This document shows positions 5,220 to 5,732 of a stretch of 5,732 bases of DNA, in pieces; position 1 is the stretch's first letter, and each line of letters starts with the position of its first letter. Origin of the DNA: Escherichia coli (GTDB taxonomy: Bacteria > Pseudomonadota > Gammaproteobacteria > Enterobacterales > Enterobacteriaceae); assembly GCF_030013595.1 (NCBI RefSeq), contig NZ_CP122774.1, one strand, 5' to 3'. The notes beneath the pieces are model-generated. The model was not told the origin of the DNA. It saw only the letters and a list, made by a program, of their open reading frames with translations, and did no database searches. The translations under genes were made by a program, and so were the position numbers.

Positions 5220-5732
5220 ATGTCCGCAAGAGCAAGAAAAGCAGGTAAGAGAAATCAGTCAGAACGACGTCAGGATTTGATTGAAAAATTGTGGGAAGAC
5301 GACGAAATCGATACTTGGCATCGACTTGAAAATGATGGGTACTCAACAGTTCCACGTTATTTGCCTTTGATAGGCGATCTCATGGATGGTCTGTCAAAAG
5401 GATCACCATTATCAACAACCTACTTGGCTTTATGGTTCAGGGTTTCTGATGAGGGGTTGATTGAAATAAGAGATAAAGCAGCACTGGCTTTTGAATCAGG
5501 GTTCGCTAGTGAAAGAGGCGTAACTACATGGGCAGGGAGAATGAAAAAGCTAAAAGAACTGGGGTTCATATCCTGTCGTGAAGGCAGCACCGGTGAATTT
5601 CATTACGTGTTAATTGTTCACCCATTAGTTGCAGTCAAAAAGCTGCTTGATGAAGGGATTATCCCTAAAGGAAAGACTTATAACATTTTGTCGGAGCGTG
5701 TAATTGAGGTGGGAGCCTCTTGGGAGGGTTAA
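5220..5732 (+). CDS. Hypothetical winged-helix-like DNA-binding protein (170 aa from ATG 5220; the ORF track starts at GTG 5193). Candidate proximal gene of the two-gene accessory cassette.
   Basis: GGGAG (5208-5212) lies 7 nt upstream of ATG 5220. Basic N-terminus (ARARKAGKRNQSERRQ). The central segment TTYLALWFRVSDEGLIEIRDKAALAFESGFASERGVTTWAGRMKKLKELGFISCREGSTGEFHYVLI has a helix, helix-turn-helix and beta-wing pattern typical of wHTH regulators, Rep proteins or antitoxins. Stop TAA is the last three bases of the window. Confidence 0.6.
   Translation: MSARARKAGKRNQSERRQDLIEKLWEDDEIDTWHRLENDGYSTVPRYLPLIGDLMDGLSKGSPLSTTYLALWFRVSDEGLIEIRDKAALAFESGFASERGVTTWAGRMKKLKELGFISCREGSTGEFHYVLIVHPLVAVKKLLDEGIIPKGKTYNILSERVIEVGASWEG

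Overview
The window reads as a small ColE1-family mobilisable plasmid, possibly the complete circular molecule. The backbone is recognisable from the sequence: a ColE1-type origin (RNA II promoter, antisense RNA I, primer/ori region, about 1084-1640), a bom/oriT segment (about 1800-1940), rop on the minus strand (2019-2210, GTG start), and the mobilisation cluster mbeC-mbeA on the plus strand with mbeB and mbeD nested in the +1 frame of mbeA (2251-4330). Downstream lies a cer/psi-like Xer resolution site (about 4436-4577). The rest is accessory DNA, visibly more AT-rich than the backbone. It holds a 55-codon ORF with its own RBS and terminator, a block of five 9-bp GAGCACA-type tandem repeats, and an AT-rich promoter-like tract. 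Two uncharacterised genes follow: a 170-aa winged-helix-like protein (5220-5732) and a 164-aa protein (1-495). If the molecule is circular, these two abut as TAA|ATG behind a GGGAGGG ribosome-binding site, making a two-gene cassette closed by a strong bidirectional terminator (495-531). Between that terminator and the origin is an AlpA/Xis-like HTH gene (768-1070) with an unusual ~45-aa internal insertion, preceded by a direct-repeat array. The two-gene cassette is the best candidate for an undescribed system (toxin-antitoxin- or defence-like), but I cannot assign either protein to a family from sequence alone.
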